Below, in pieces: positions 1-8,104 of a stretch of DNA of 64,000 nucleotides. This DNA is from Acidobacteriota bacterium (lineage in GTDB: Bacteria > Acidobacteriota > UBA6911 > RPQK01 > JAJDTT01). A program made the translations under genes and the position numbers. Under the pieces are notes generated by a model, which was not told the DNA's origin, did not search any database, and saw only the letters and a list, made by a program, of their open reading frames with translations. Location of the stretch: NCBI GenBank assembly GCA_965209055.1, contig OZ242374.1, positions 5,376,001 through 5,440,000 on the forward strand. The letters run 5' to 3'. Numbering within the stretch: position 1 is the stretch's first letter; every line of letters begins with the position of its first letter.

Positions 1-29
1 CTCGAACGCCCGGCGGCGCATCTCTTCCG

Positions 30-1637
30 TCATTTTCGCAAGCGGACAAAAAGGTGCCCGACCTCCTCGACGCCCAGGAGCCGGCAACAGGCGAAATAGA
101 AGACAGCTCCGGCCCCGATACACCCGAAGAGTGCGGCCGCGTTCTCCAGCCAGGTGCTTCGAGCCTCTTCCAACTGGAGATAGATCCCCAGGAACCCGAC
201 GACGACCCCCATGAGGATCGACGCCCCCAGGTTCTTGGCTACGGTGGACGCCACTCGATGCGACGCCGACGAGCCCACCCTGCGGCCGAAGGCTCGGACG
301 AGGAGAGCCAGGTTCACCCAGACCGAGGCGGCTGTTCCGACTGCCAGACCCAAATACTTGTGGGCGGGGGGAAGCAGCCAGATTAAAAACAGGTTTACCG
401 CCAGATTCGTGGCAACGGCGATCAGGCTGCTCCGCACCGGCGTTCGGGTGTCCCCCAGGGCATAGAAGGTGGGGGCGTAGACCTTGATGCAACTGTAGGC
501 GACCAGGCCGAAGGAGTAGCAGATCAAGGCATTTGCGGTGTTCGCGGTGGCGTCGGCGTCGAACTCGCCGGTTTCAAACAGCAGACGGACGATGGGTCCG
601 GCCAGGATCAGGAGCCCGACGCCGGCGGGCAGCGCGATCAGGGAAACGGTCTTGACCGAATGGGCTACCATTGCCTTCAGCTCTTCCCATTCTTCCCGGG
701 CGGCCGAAACCGACACTTCACGAAGATTCACCACGCCCACCGCGACGCCGCAAAGGCCGATGGGCAGGTACATGATCCGGAATGCATAGTTGAGCCAGGA
801 AACCGGTCCGTCTCCACCCAGCCATGAGGCCAACTGCGTGTTGATCAGAATGTTGATCTGGAGCGCGCTCACACCCAGCAGCGCCGGCGCCACCAGCCGC
901 CCGATCCGGCGCAACGCCGGGTGGCGGAAGTCGAGACCCAGACGGAATCGGTATCCCCGCCGGTAGAGGAGAGGGAACTGGACGGCGCACTGGAGCGCCC
1001 CGCCCACGAGGGCGCCCAGGGCGACGGCGTAGACGGCCAGGATCCCCTCGTATTCGAACCAGGGGACGACGAAAATACAGAAAAAAATGAGGACCAGATT
1101 GAATAGGGCGGGCGCCAGTGCGGGGACGAAGAAGCGATTCAGGGCGTTCAGCATCCCGATCAGGACCGAGGCCACCGAAACGAAAATCAGGAAGGGGGAC
1201 AGAATCCGAACCAAGCTGGAAGTGACCTCCAGCTTGCCCGGATCGCCGGCAAATCCGGCCGCTAACAGATAGACCCAGTAGTCGGACAGTGCGAAAAACG
1301 CCACCGCCAGCAGTCCCAGCAGGAGGAGCAGAGCGCTGATCACCAGGTTCGCCAGCCGCCACGCCTCCTCTTTGCCCTGCTTGCGAAGGATCTCCGTGAA
1401 GGTGGGAACGAAGGCCGAACTCAATGCCCCTTCGGCGACCAGGTCGCGGAAGAGGTTGGGGATCCGGAACGCCACGATGTAGGCGTCCATGTAAGCCCCG
1501 GCTCCGAAGAGCCGGGCAAAGAACCGGTCCCGGACCAAGCCCAATATCCGGCTGAGGAGGACGGCAGCGCTGATGCTGCGGGCGGCGCGAGTCGATCGAA
1601 TCCTTCGTTGGGACTCCTGATTGTCGTCCTGGCCCAT
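30..1637 (-). CDS. murJ: Lipid II flippase MurJ (MviN)
   Basis: 535 aa, many TM segments; motifs SRILGLVRD, AFRIPNLFRDLVAEGALSSAFVP, FYALGDTRTP. Confidence 0.95.
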   Translation of the reverse strand: MGQDDNQESQRRIRSTRAARSISAAVLLSRILGLVRDRFFARLFGAGAYMDAYIVAFRIPNLFRDLVAEGALSSAFVPTFTEILRKQGKEEAWRLANLVISALLLLLGLLAVAFFALSDYWVYLLAAGFAGDPGKLEVTSSLVRILSPFLIFVSVASVLIGMLNALNRFFVPALAPALFNLVLIFFCIFVVPWFEYEGILAVYAVALGALVGGALQCAVQFPLLYRRGYRFRLGLDFRHPALRRIGRLVAPALLGVSALQINILINTQLASWLGGDGPVSWLNYAFRIMYLPIGLCGVAVGVVNLREVSVSAAREEWEELKAMVAHSVKTVSLIALPAGVGLLILAGPIVRLLFETGEFDADATANTANALICYSFGLVAYSCIKVYAPTFYALGDTRTPVRSSLIAVATNLAVNLFLIWLLPPAHKYLGLAVGTAASVWVNLALLVRAFGRRVGSSASHRVASTVAKNLGASILMGVVVGFLGIYLQLEEARSTWLENAAALFGCIGAGAVFYFACCRLLGVEEVGHLFVRLRK

Positions 1638-1748
1638 CCCGCGATCACTTGCTTGAGGGATTCGAAATCGGCGCCGTCAAACGCGTAAACCCATGGTTAC
1701 GCTATCATTCTCATCTGACCCGCAACCTCGGGTGCGACGGAGTCCGGA

Positions 1749-2780
1749 ATGAAGCTTGGAGACCTCGCCCGGCAACTGGATTGTGAGCTCCGGGGACCGT
1801 CCGAAATCGAGATCGACGGCCTGGCCGGCATCGAAGAGGCGACGGCGAGTCAACTCACCTTCGTCTCCAATCCCAAGTACTACTCCAAGATCCCGTCGAC
1901 CCGCGCGGGAGCCATCGTGGTGTCGCGCGACGCGCCCGATACGGGGATTCCGACCCTGCTCAGCGACAATCCCTACCTGGCGTTCGCCCGCGCCATTCCC
2001 CTCTTCTACCGTCCGCCTTCCGTCACCCAAGGAATCCATCCCACGGCCATCATCGCCGAAACCGCCGAACTGGGAGAGGACCACTCCATAGGAGCTCACG
2101 TCGTCATCGGCGACGGGGTCCGAATGGGCCGCAACGCCGTGATCTACCCCAACGTGGTGATCTATCCCCACACCCGGATCGGCGACGAATTCGTAGCCCA
2201 TTCCAACGCCGTGGTCCGCGAGCACTGCCGCTTGGGCGACCGGGTCATCCTCCAGAACGGCGCCGTCATCGGGGGCGACGGATTCGGGTTCGCTCCCCGC
2301 GGGGACGGCAGCTATTTCAAGATGGTCCAGTCGGGCGTGGTGATTCTGGAAGACGACGTGGAGGTGGGCGCCAACGCCTGCGTCGACCGGGGCACCGTCG
2401 GCGAGACCCGAATCGGGAAGGGGACGAAGATCGACAACCTGGTCCAGATCGGACACGGTTCGACGCTCGGCTCCCACAACATCCTGGCCTCCCAGACCGG
2501 ACTCGCCGGGACCACCACCATCGGGAACCACGTGACCCTGGCGGGTCAGGTGGGCGTGGCTGGCCATCTGAAGATCGGAGACCGGGTCGTGGCGACGGCG
2601 CAGACCGGCATCGGACGCGACGTTGCCCCGGGAAGCGTCGTCTCCGGGTCGCCTGAGATGGAAACCACCCTCTGGAAACGGAACTACATCCTGATGCACC
2701 GGTTCCCCGAGCTGGTGAAGACGGTCAAGCGGCTTCAGAAGGAACTGGCAGAACTCCGAAAGTCGCTGATCGGACGGTAG
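1749..2780 (+). CDS. lpxD: UDP-3-O-(3-hydroxyacyl)glucosamine N-acyltransferase
   Basis: LpxD N-domain (QLTFVSNPKY, DNPYLAFA), hexapeptide repeats, GGDGFGF, KIDNLVQIGH. Confidence 0.96.
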   Translation: MKLGDLARQLDCELRGPSEIEIDGLAGIEEATASQLTFVSNPKYYSKIPSTRAGAIVVSRDAPDTGIPTLLSDNPYLAFARAIPLFYRPPSVTQGIHPTAIIAETAELGEDHSIGAHVVIGDGVRMGRNAVIYPNVVIYPHTRIGDEFVAHSNAVVREHCRLGDRVILQNGAVIGGDGFGFAPRGDGSYFKMVQSGVVILEDDVEVGANACVDRGTVGETRIGKGTKIDNLVQIGHGSTLGSHNILASQTGLAGTTTIGNHVTLAGQVGVAGHLKIGDRVVATAQTGIGRDVAPGSVVSGSPEMETTLWKRNYILMHRFPELVKTVKRLQKELAELRKSLIGR

Positions 2781-2784
2781 CCCG

Positions 2785-2812
2785 ATCCCGATCTTGCAGC
2801 CGAAGTCGGGAT
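2785..2812. terminator. Hairpin between convergent lpxD and yoeB
   Basis: ATCCCGA...TCGGGAT inverted repeat just after the lpxD stop; no clear U-tract. Confidence 0.35.
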
Positions 2813-2819
2813 GCACGGC

Positions 2820-3083
2820 TCAGTAGTGGTGGCGGGCTTGCAGGAAACGGACCTCGTTGTTTGCCACCTCGTAGACGACGCGGTGTTCCTGGGTCAGACG
2901 GCGCGACCACAACCCGGCAAACTCGCGTTTGAGTGGTTCGGGCTTGCCGATACCACCGAAGGGAGCCTTCAGGATCTGGCGGACAAGACGTAGCAAACGA
3001 ATCGCGGTTCTGCGGTCGGTACGCGTCCAATATTCCAGGTCCTTCAGGAAATGGGTCGAAAAGACGACTCGCCGGTCACTCAT
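2820..3083 (-). CDS. yoeB: Txe/YoeB family toxin
   Basis: PFGGIGKPEPLK, WSRRLTQEHRVVY, C-terminal ARHHY; ATG at 3083 overlaps the end of the antitoxin gene. Confidence 0.93.
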   Translation of the reverse strand: MSDRRVVFSTHFLKDLEYWTRTDRRTAIRLLRLVRQILKAPFGGIGKPEPLKREFAGLWSRRLTQEHRVVYEVANNEVRFLQARHHY

Positions 3084-3357
3084 CGAGACCGAACTTGCTG
3101 CGGAGCTGCGCAACCGTCATGACGACACCATTCCCGGACCGGACTTCTTCAATTGACTCACGTAATCGTCGAGCGTTTTCGGGGGATCGCAGCAAATGAG
3201 CCGTTTCTTCCAGCCCGGACAACTCTTCCAGGCTGACCAACGCCACATCGGCGCCTCCTCGGCGCCTGATGATCAGCGGTTCTCCAGTTTCGGCGACGTG
3301 ATCGCAATGGCCTTTGAGATGGGCACGGAGATCGGAATAGGTGGTGACTCGAGGCAT
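3076..3357 (-). CDS. yefM: Phd/YefM family antitoxin
   Basis: TYSDLRAHLK and LEETAHLLRSPENARRLRESIEE; directly upstream of yoeB; start placed at ATG 3357. Confidence 0.93.
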   Translation of the reverse strand: MPRVTTYSDLRAHLKGHCDHVAETGEPLIIRRRGGADVALVSLEELSGLEETAHLLRSPENARRLRESIEEVRSGNGVVMTVAQLRSKFGLDE

Positions 3358-3364
3358 CTGGATA

Positions 3365-3384
3365 TTGTACAAGATTCCGTACCA
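3365..3384 (-). promoter_or_regulatory. YefM-YoeB operator and overlapping -10 element
   Basis: Palindrome TTGTACAA (3365-3372) plus a second GTAC core 12 bp away (3379-3382); TACAAT on the - strand 7 nt before the ATG. Confidence 0.65.
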
Positions 3385-3403
3385 GTAGGTGAATAAATCC
3401 GAA

Positions 3404-3487
3404 GGCGAACCCGAATCGAGAACCATGTGACCCTGGCGGGTCGGGGGGCGTGGCCAGCCATCTGAAAATTCGCGACCAGGTCGTGGC
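3404..3487 (+). repeat. Degenerate partial copy of lpxD
   Basis: 3415-3487 aligns by eye to lpxD 2520-2593 (about 11 differences in 74 nt including a 1-nt gap); 3404-3418 resembles lpxD 2400-2415. Confidence 0.85.
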
Positions 3488-3531
3488 AAAATTTGATAGC
3501 ATTATGCTTTCATTCGCTCTAGGCAATCGAC

Positions 3532-3789
3532 ATGGCAACCGTTCACGTGCGCCGATTGGATCAGGATGTCGTGGAACGTCTCAAGCGGCGTGCCGTCGCA
3601 AATCATCGGTCCTTGGAAAGTGAAATCCGGCATATCCTTTCGGCGGCTTCTGAGGATCAGATGGCGGCGAAACGGAAATCCTTCGAAGATCTGGCAGTGC
3701 GACTCAGGGAACGCACCCAGGGACGGAACCAGACTCCCTCCGAGGTTCTCATTCGGCAGGATCGGGATAGAGGACATCGGGTGGTCTGA
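3532..3789 (+). CDS. FitA-like ribbon-helix-helix antitoxin
   Basis: MATVHVRRLDQDVVERLKRRAVANHRSLESEIRHIL; TGATG overlap with the PIN gene. Confidence 0.88.
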   Translation: MATVHVRRLDQDVVERLKRRAVANHRSLESEIRHILSAASEDQMAAKRKSFEDLAVRLRERTQGRNQTPSEVLIRQDRDRGHRVV

Positions 3790-4220
3790 TGCGTCTGGTC
3801 GTCGACGCCAGCGTGGCGGTCAAGTGGCTGGTCGCGGAAGAGGATACTGAAGCGGCGAACCGGCTGCTTCTAGGCAGCCATGAATTGCATGCTCCACGCC
3901 TGCTGGCATCTGAGGTCGCCAATGCGCTGTGGCGCAAGGTTCGGCTAGGTGAGATACCCCACGGCGATGCCGGGTTGCTTGCGGCGGCCGTGACCGATAT
4001 GCCACTCCGTTGGTCCGACGACGAACGTGTTTGCGCGGACTCGATTCGGCTCGCGCTCGAACTTGAGCGGCCCGTCTATGATTGCGTGTATCTCGCGCTC
4101 GGACATCGCATCGGCGCCACACTCGTGACGGCGGATATCCGCTTCGCGAATGCAATGAAAACGACCGTTCACGGGGGCGATGTGGTGACGCTGACGGACC
4201 TCGTCATCGATTCGAACTGA
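3789..4220 (+). CDS. vapC: VapC family PIN-domain toxin
   Basis: VVDASVAVKW, EVANALW, VYDCVYLAL, LVTAD acidic PIN motifs. Confidence 0.92.
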   Translation: MRLVVDASVAVKWLVAEEDTEAANRLLLGSHELHAPRLLASEVANALWRKVRLGEIPHGDAGLLAAAVTDMPLRWSDDERVCADSIRLALELERPVYDCVYLALGHRIGATLVTADIRFANAMKTTVHGGDVVTLTDLVIDSN

Positions 4221-4429
4221 TGCCCAGCGGCCGCAATACGGGTCCCCCTTCCGAAGACTGCCGTGAATTCCGGCCGCAATTGGTCATGCCCAGGTCATCC
4301 GCAGGGAATCGTCGATGGAGCAAGCGACTCGCCCTTATCAATAGCGGGTGAACCGGATCTCGCGATTCAGGTTGGGCAAGGCCCACAGGTTGCCGACCTC
4401 CGAAAACCCGAGTTAGACTTTGGAAAGTC

Positions 4430-5671
4430 ATGTCATTCAAGGAATCATTGCAACGAAGAGAGTTTCTGAAACGGGGCAGCGCCTTGGCGGCGGTCCTCTC
4501 CACGGCTTCGGCCGCAGCCCAATACAACGGCGATCCCGGCGAGCCCAATCCCCACACGCAGCCGGCCCCGAACCGCCGGGACATCATCATCTACCGCGAC
4601 CCTTTCGCCTACTGCTCCCATGCTTCCATCGTGCGCCTGGCTAACGGGGAGTGGGTCACCGCCTTCAACGAGTGCCAGAAAATCACCCCCTACACCCACC
4701 CTCCCGGGGACCCTCACTTCCACAATCTCATTTCCCGTTCCGATGACGAGGGCCGCACCTGGAGCCCTCCGGAGGCCGCTCCCAATTGGGACTGGTACGG
4801 GGTGGAGTGTCCGGGCCTGGCCCAACTCCAGGACGGGACGGTGGTGCTGAACCAGTGGCAGTTCCTCTGGTATCCCCTGGCTCTGGGGAGAAAACTCGCC
4901 TCCCAGGGTCAGAAGATCTGGCTCAGAACCAGCCGGAAAAAGGGCTGGCTGCCGGCAGCTTCCGACTCCGATTTTGACCGGAGCCTCTACCCCTGGGCCC
5001 GGGCCAACAGCGGCTGCTTCGTCCACTTGAGCTCCGACGGAGGCCGGACCTGGGACCGCACGGTCCGGATCCCCACCGAGCCCTATATCGGAGGCTACAC
5101 GCCCCGGGGCGTGGCTCAACTGCAGGACGGAACCGTCCTCATGGTCACCGCGGACCACCCGCTGAATCACACGGCCTACGCGGTGCGGTCCCGGGACGGC
5201 GGCTTGACCTGGACCCCGCCGGTGGCCGTCGCGAATGCGGGAGAAGGCATGTTGTCCGAACCTACGGCGGCGGTTCTCCCCAGCGGCAAGGTGGTGGCCA
5301 TGATGCGAAGCCACACGCGCTACCTTCACCAGAGCGAGTCTTCCGACGGGGGATCGACCTGGACACCTGTGCGCAAGACCCCCATCTTCGGCTACCCGGG
5401 ACATCTGCTGCGCCTTTCGGACGGCCGGCTGCTGGTCACCTACGGCCATCGCCGCTCACCCTTCGGGATCCGGGCCTGCCAGAGCCGGGACAACGGCCGG
5501 ACCTGGGACTACGGGCAGGAATACCTGATCCGGGGCGATTTGCCGAACCGGAATCTGGGCTACCCGGTGACCATCGAGTACCGGCCCGGACACCTGTTCA
5601 CCATCTACTACGGTGAAGAACCCGACGGGGTCACCAGCATCCAGGGCTCTTACTGGGAGATTCCCAGCTAA
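4430..5671 (+). CDS. Tat-exported BNR/Asp-box (sialidase-like) protein
   Basis: QRREFLK Tat motif; five Asp-boxes (SDDEGRTW, SSDGGRTW, SRDGGLTW, SSDGGSTW, SRDNGRTW); C-terminal LGYP. Confidence 0.85.
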   Translation: MSFKESLQRREFLKRGSALAAVLSTASAAAQYNGDPGEPNPHTQPAPNRRDIIIYRDPFAYCSHASIVRLANGEWVTAFNECQKITPYTHPPGDPHFHNLISRSDDEGRTWSPPEAAPNWDWYGVECPGLAQLQDGTVVLNQWQFLWYPLALGRKLASQGQKIWLRTSRKKGWLPAASDSDFDRSLYPWARANSGCFVHLSSDGGRTWDRTVRIPTEPYIGGYTPRGVAQLQDGTVLMVTADHPLNHTAYAVRSRDGGLTWTPPVAVANAGEGMLSEPTAAVLPSGKVVAMMRSHTRYLHQSESSDGGSTWTPVRKTPIFGYPGHLLRLSDGRLLVTYGHRRSPFGIRACQSRDNGRTWDYGQEYLIRGDLPNRNLGYPVTIEYRPGHLFTIYYGEEPDGVTSIQGSYWEIPS

Positions 5672-5683
5672 TCCGGGAAGTTC

Positions 5684-8050
5684 ATGCTTGCATTTCGTGG
5701 AATGCGGCCGCCATCGGTGAGGCGCGCCAATACCGGCTGCTCTGGCGCGGCCGTCCGGGCCGCCTTGGTTGCAGCCATCATTCTGGGCCACCCCCAAGAC
5801 ATCCTCCCGGTCCAGAACTCGGATCCCAAGAAGCCCCACCATCACCATTCCAAAACCGCAAGGCTGCATGAAGGGGACCACGCGCCGCCGCATAGAGACT
5901 TTTCTCCGGGGCATCGCCGCATGCTCCAAACTCTTCGGGAGGTGGCAGACAGGGCGGCTCGGGGGGACCTCTACTTGGGTGACGGGGTCGTGCGCAAGTT
6001 CCGCCGCCAGTTGGAAGAACTGGACCAGAGCCCTTCAGTCCCCGGGACTCCCTCCTATTGGATGGACCTGAACCGGTGGAACGTGCTGTTGGAACTGGGA
6101 GTCGCCGAGGTCCGGTTCGGTGAAGAGAAGGCCGGCATCGAGCACCTGAAGGCGGCTTACAATCTCCTTCCCAGTGTCCGCGACCGGCTCCAGCGGTCCA
6201 GGGTGGACCAGACCATCTTCGAACTGGGCGTGGCCTACATGCGGATGGGCGAGACCCAGAACTGTGTCGTTCAACACGGCGCCGAGCGCTGCATCCTCCC
6301 ACTTCGGGGAGAAGGGATCCACGCCCTACCGGAGGGGTCCACCCAGGCGATCCGGTATTTCACGGAAGTGCTGGAGTCTTCTCCTTCGGGAAAGGACTAC
6401 GGATACTACTTTCCTTCCCTCTGGCTCCTGAACGTTGCCTACATGACGCTGGACCAATATCCGGATGGCGTGCCGGCCCGCTACCGGATTCCCGAATCGA
6501 AGTTTCAGACCCGTATCCCGTTCCAACGTTTTCGCAACATCTCCCAGAAACTGGGATTGGACAGCTTCAATCTGGCCGGCGGCGCCATCGTGGACGACTT
6601 CGACGGGGACGGATACCTGGACATCTTGACCTCAACCTGGGATCTCAGCGGCCCCATGGTCTACTTTCGCAACAACGCAGACGGGACCTTTCGGGAGATC
6701 TCCAGCGAAGCCGGTCTGGAGGGCATCTGGGGCGGCCTCAACCTGCTGCAGGCCGACTACGACAACGACGGCCACGTGGACGTCCTCGTCCTGCGGGGGG
6801 CATGGTCCGGCAAGGAGGGAGAGCAGCCCAACTCACTTCTGAGAAACCGCGGAGACGGGACCTTCCAGGACGTCACCTACGAAGCCGGACTGGCCGAGGT
6901 CTCCTATCCGACTCAGGTGGCCGGCTGGGCCGACTACGACAACGACGGCGATCTGGACCTGTTCGTGGGAAACGAATCCCTGGGGGATTACCGGGCGCCC
7001 TGGCAACTGTTCCGGAACCAGGGGGACGGCACCTTTCAGGACGTGGCCGCGCAGGCCGGCGTCAGGAACTACTTCTTCACCAAGGGGGTCGCCTGGGGAG
7101 ACTACGACGGAGACCGCTATCCGGACCTGTACGTCTCCAACTACCGGGACCCGAACCGGCTCTTCCGGAACCGGGGAGACGGAACCTTCGAGGACGTCAC
7201 GGCCAAGATGAAGGTGGAGGGTCCGGAGGAGAGCTTCCCGGCCTGGTTCTGGGACTACAACAACGACGGCCATCTGGACCTGTTCGTCTCCAGCTATGCG
7301 GGGCACATCGGCCACCAGGCCCGTCACCATATCGGGCTCCCCCCGGACTTCGAACAAGCCCGTCTCTACGAGGGCAACGGACAAGGCGGTTTTCGGGACG
7401 TGGCCCGCGAGCGGAATCTGGAAGTACCCATGCAGCCCATGGGGTCCAACTTCGGAGACCTGAACAACGACGGCTGGCTGGACTTCTACCTGGGTACCGG
7501 GGATCCCAGTCTCGCCAGCATCGTCCCCAACCTCATGTTCCTGAACCAGGGTGGGCAACGGTTCGAGGACGTGACCATCGCCGGCGGGTTCGGCCATCTC
7601 CAGAAGGGTCATGGCGTCGCTTTCGCCGATCTCGACAACGACGGCGACCTGGATGTCTTCGAGCAGATGGGAGGCGCCTTCCCGGTGGACGGCTACAGCG
7701 ACGCCCTCTACGAGAACCCGGGCACCGGCAACCACTGGCTGGCCATCAAACTGGTGGGCCGCGAGTCCAACGCTTCCGCCATCGGCGCCCGGATCCGGGT
7801 GCGGATCGTGGAAGGGGGCGCGAGTCGATCGATCTACCGGCACGTCAACAGTGGAGGCAGCTTCGGGTGCAACCCCTTGCGTCAGACCATCGGTCTCGGC
7901 CAGGCCACTTCGGCCAGCGAGGTCGAGATCTTCTGGCCCACGACGGGCAAGACCCAGCGTCTCGGTGAGGTCAGTTCGGATCAGTTGATCCGGGTGGTCG
8001 AAGGTGAGGAAGGGTTCCAGCGAGTGCCGCTGAAACGGTTCCGTTTCTGA
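5684..8050 (+). CDS. CRTAC1 / ASPIC-UnbV family FG-GAP repeat protein with a helical N-terminal extension
   Basis: Repeated DYDNDGxxD and NxGDGTF motifs, C-terminal AIGARI...GLG...IFWP; start codon uncertain. Confidence 0.85.
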   Translation: MLAFRGMRPPSVRRANTGCSGAAVRAALVAAIILGHPQDILPVQNSDPKKPHHHHSKTARLHEGDHAPPHRDFSPGHRRMLQTLREVADRAARGDLYLGDGVVRKFRRQLEELDQSPSVPGTPSYWMDLNRWNVLLELGVAEVRFGEEKAGIEHLKAAYNLLPSVRDRLQRSRVDQTIFELGVAYMRMGETQNCVVQHGAERCILPLRGEGIHALPEGSTQAIRYFTEVLESSPSGKDYGYYFPSLWLLNVAYMTLDQYPDGVPARYRIPESKFQTRIPFQRFRNISQKLGLDSFNLAGGAIVDDFDGDGYLDILTSTWDLSGPMVYFRNNADGTFREISSEAGLEGIWGGLNLLQADYDNDGHVDVLVLRGAWSGKEGEQPNSLLRNRGDGTFQDVTYEAGLAEVSYPTQVAGWADYDNDGDLDLFVGNESLGDYRAPWQLFRNQGDGTFQDVAAQAGVRNYFFTKGVAWGDYDGDRYPDLYVSNYRDPNRLFRNRGDGTFEDVTAKMKVEGPEESFPAWFWDYNNDGHLDLFVSSYAGHIGHQARHHIGLPPDFEQARLYEGNGQGGFRDVARERNLEVPMQPMGSNFGDLNNDGWLDFYLGTGDPSLASIVPNLMFLNQGGQRFEDVTIAGGFGHLQKGHGVAFADLDNDGDLDVFEQMGGAFPVDGYSDALYENPGTGNHWLAIKLVGRESNASAIGARIRVRIVEGGASRSIYRHVNSGGSFGCNPLRQTIGLGQATSASEVEIFWPTTGKTQRLGEVSSDQLIRVVEGEEGFQRVPLKRFRF

Positions 8051-8104
8051 CCTGCGTGAAGAAAACCTCCTGGATTTCCTCGCTCCCGATACGCGCTCCA
8101 GCGT

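Noticed and set aside
4221-4400. Possible second relic of the lpxD 3' end and terminator after vapC
   Set aside because: Similarity is too weak to distinguish from chance by eye.
6590-7660. DNA-level repeats (GACTACGACAACGACGG) in CRTAC1 genes
   Set aside because: Explained by coding FG-GAP repeats.
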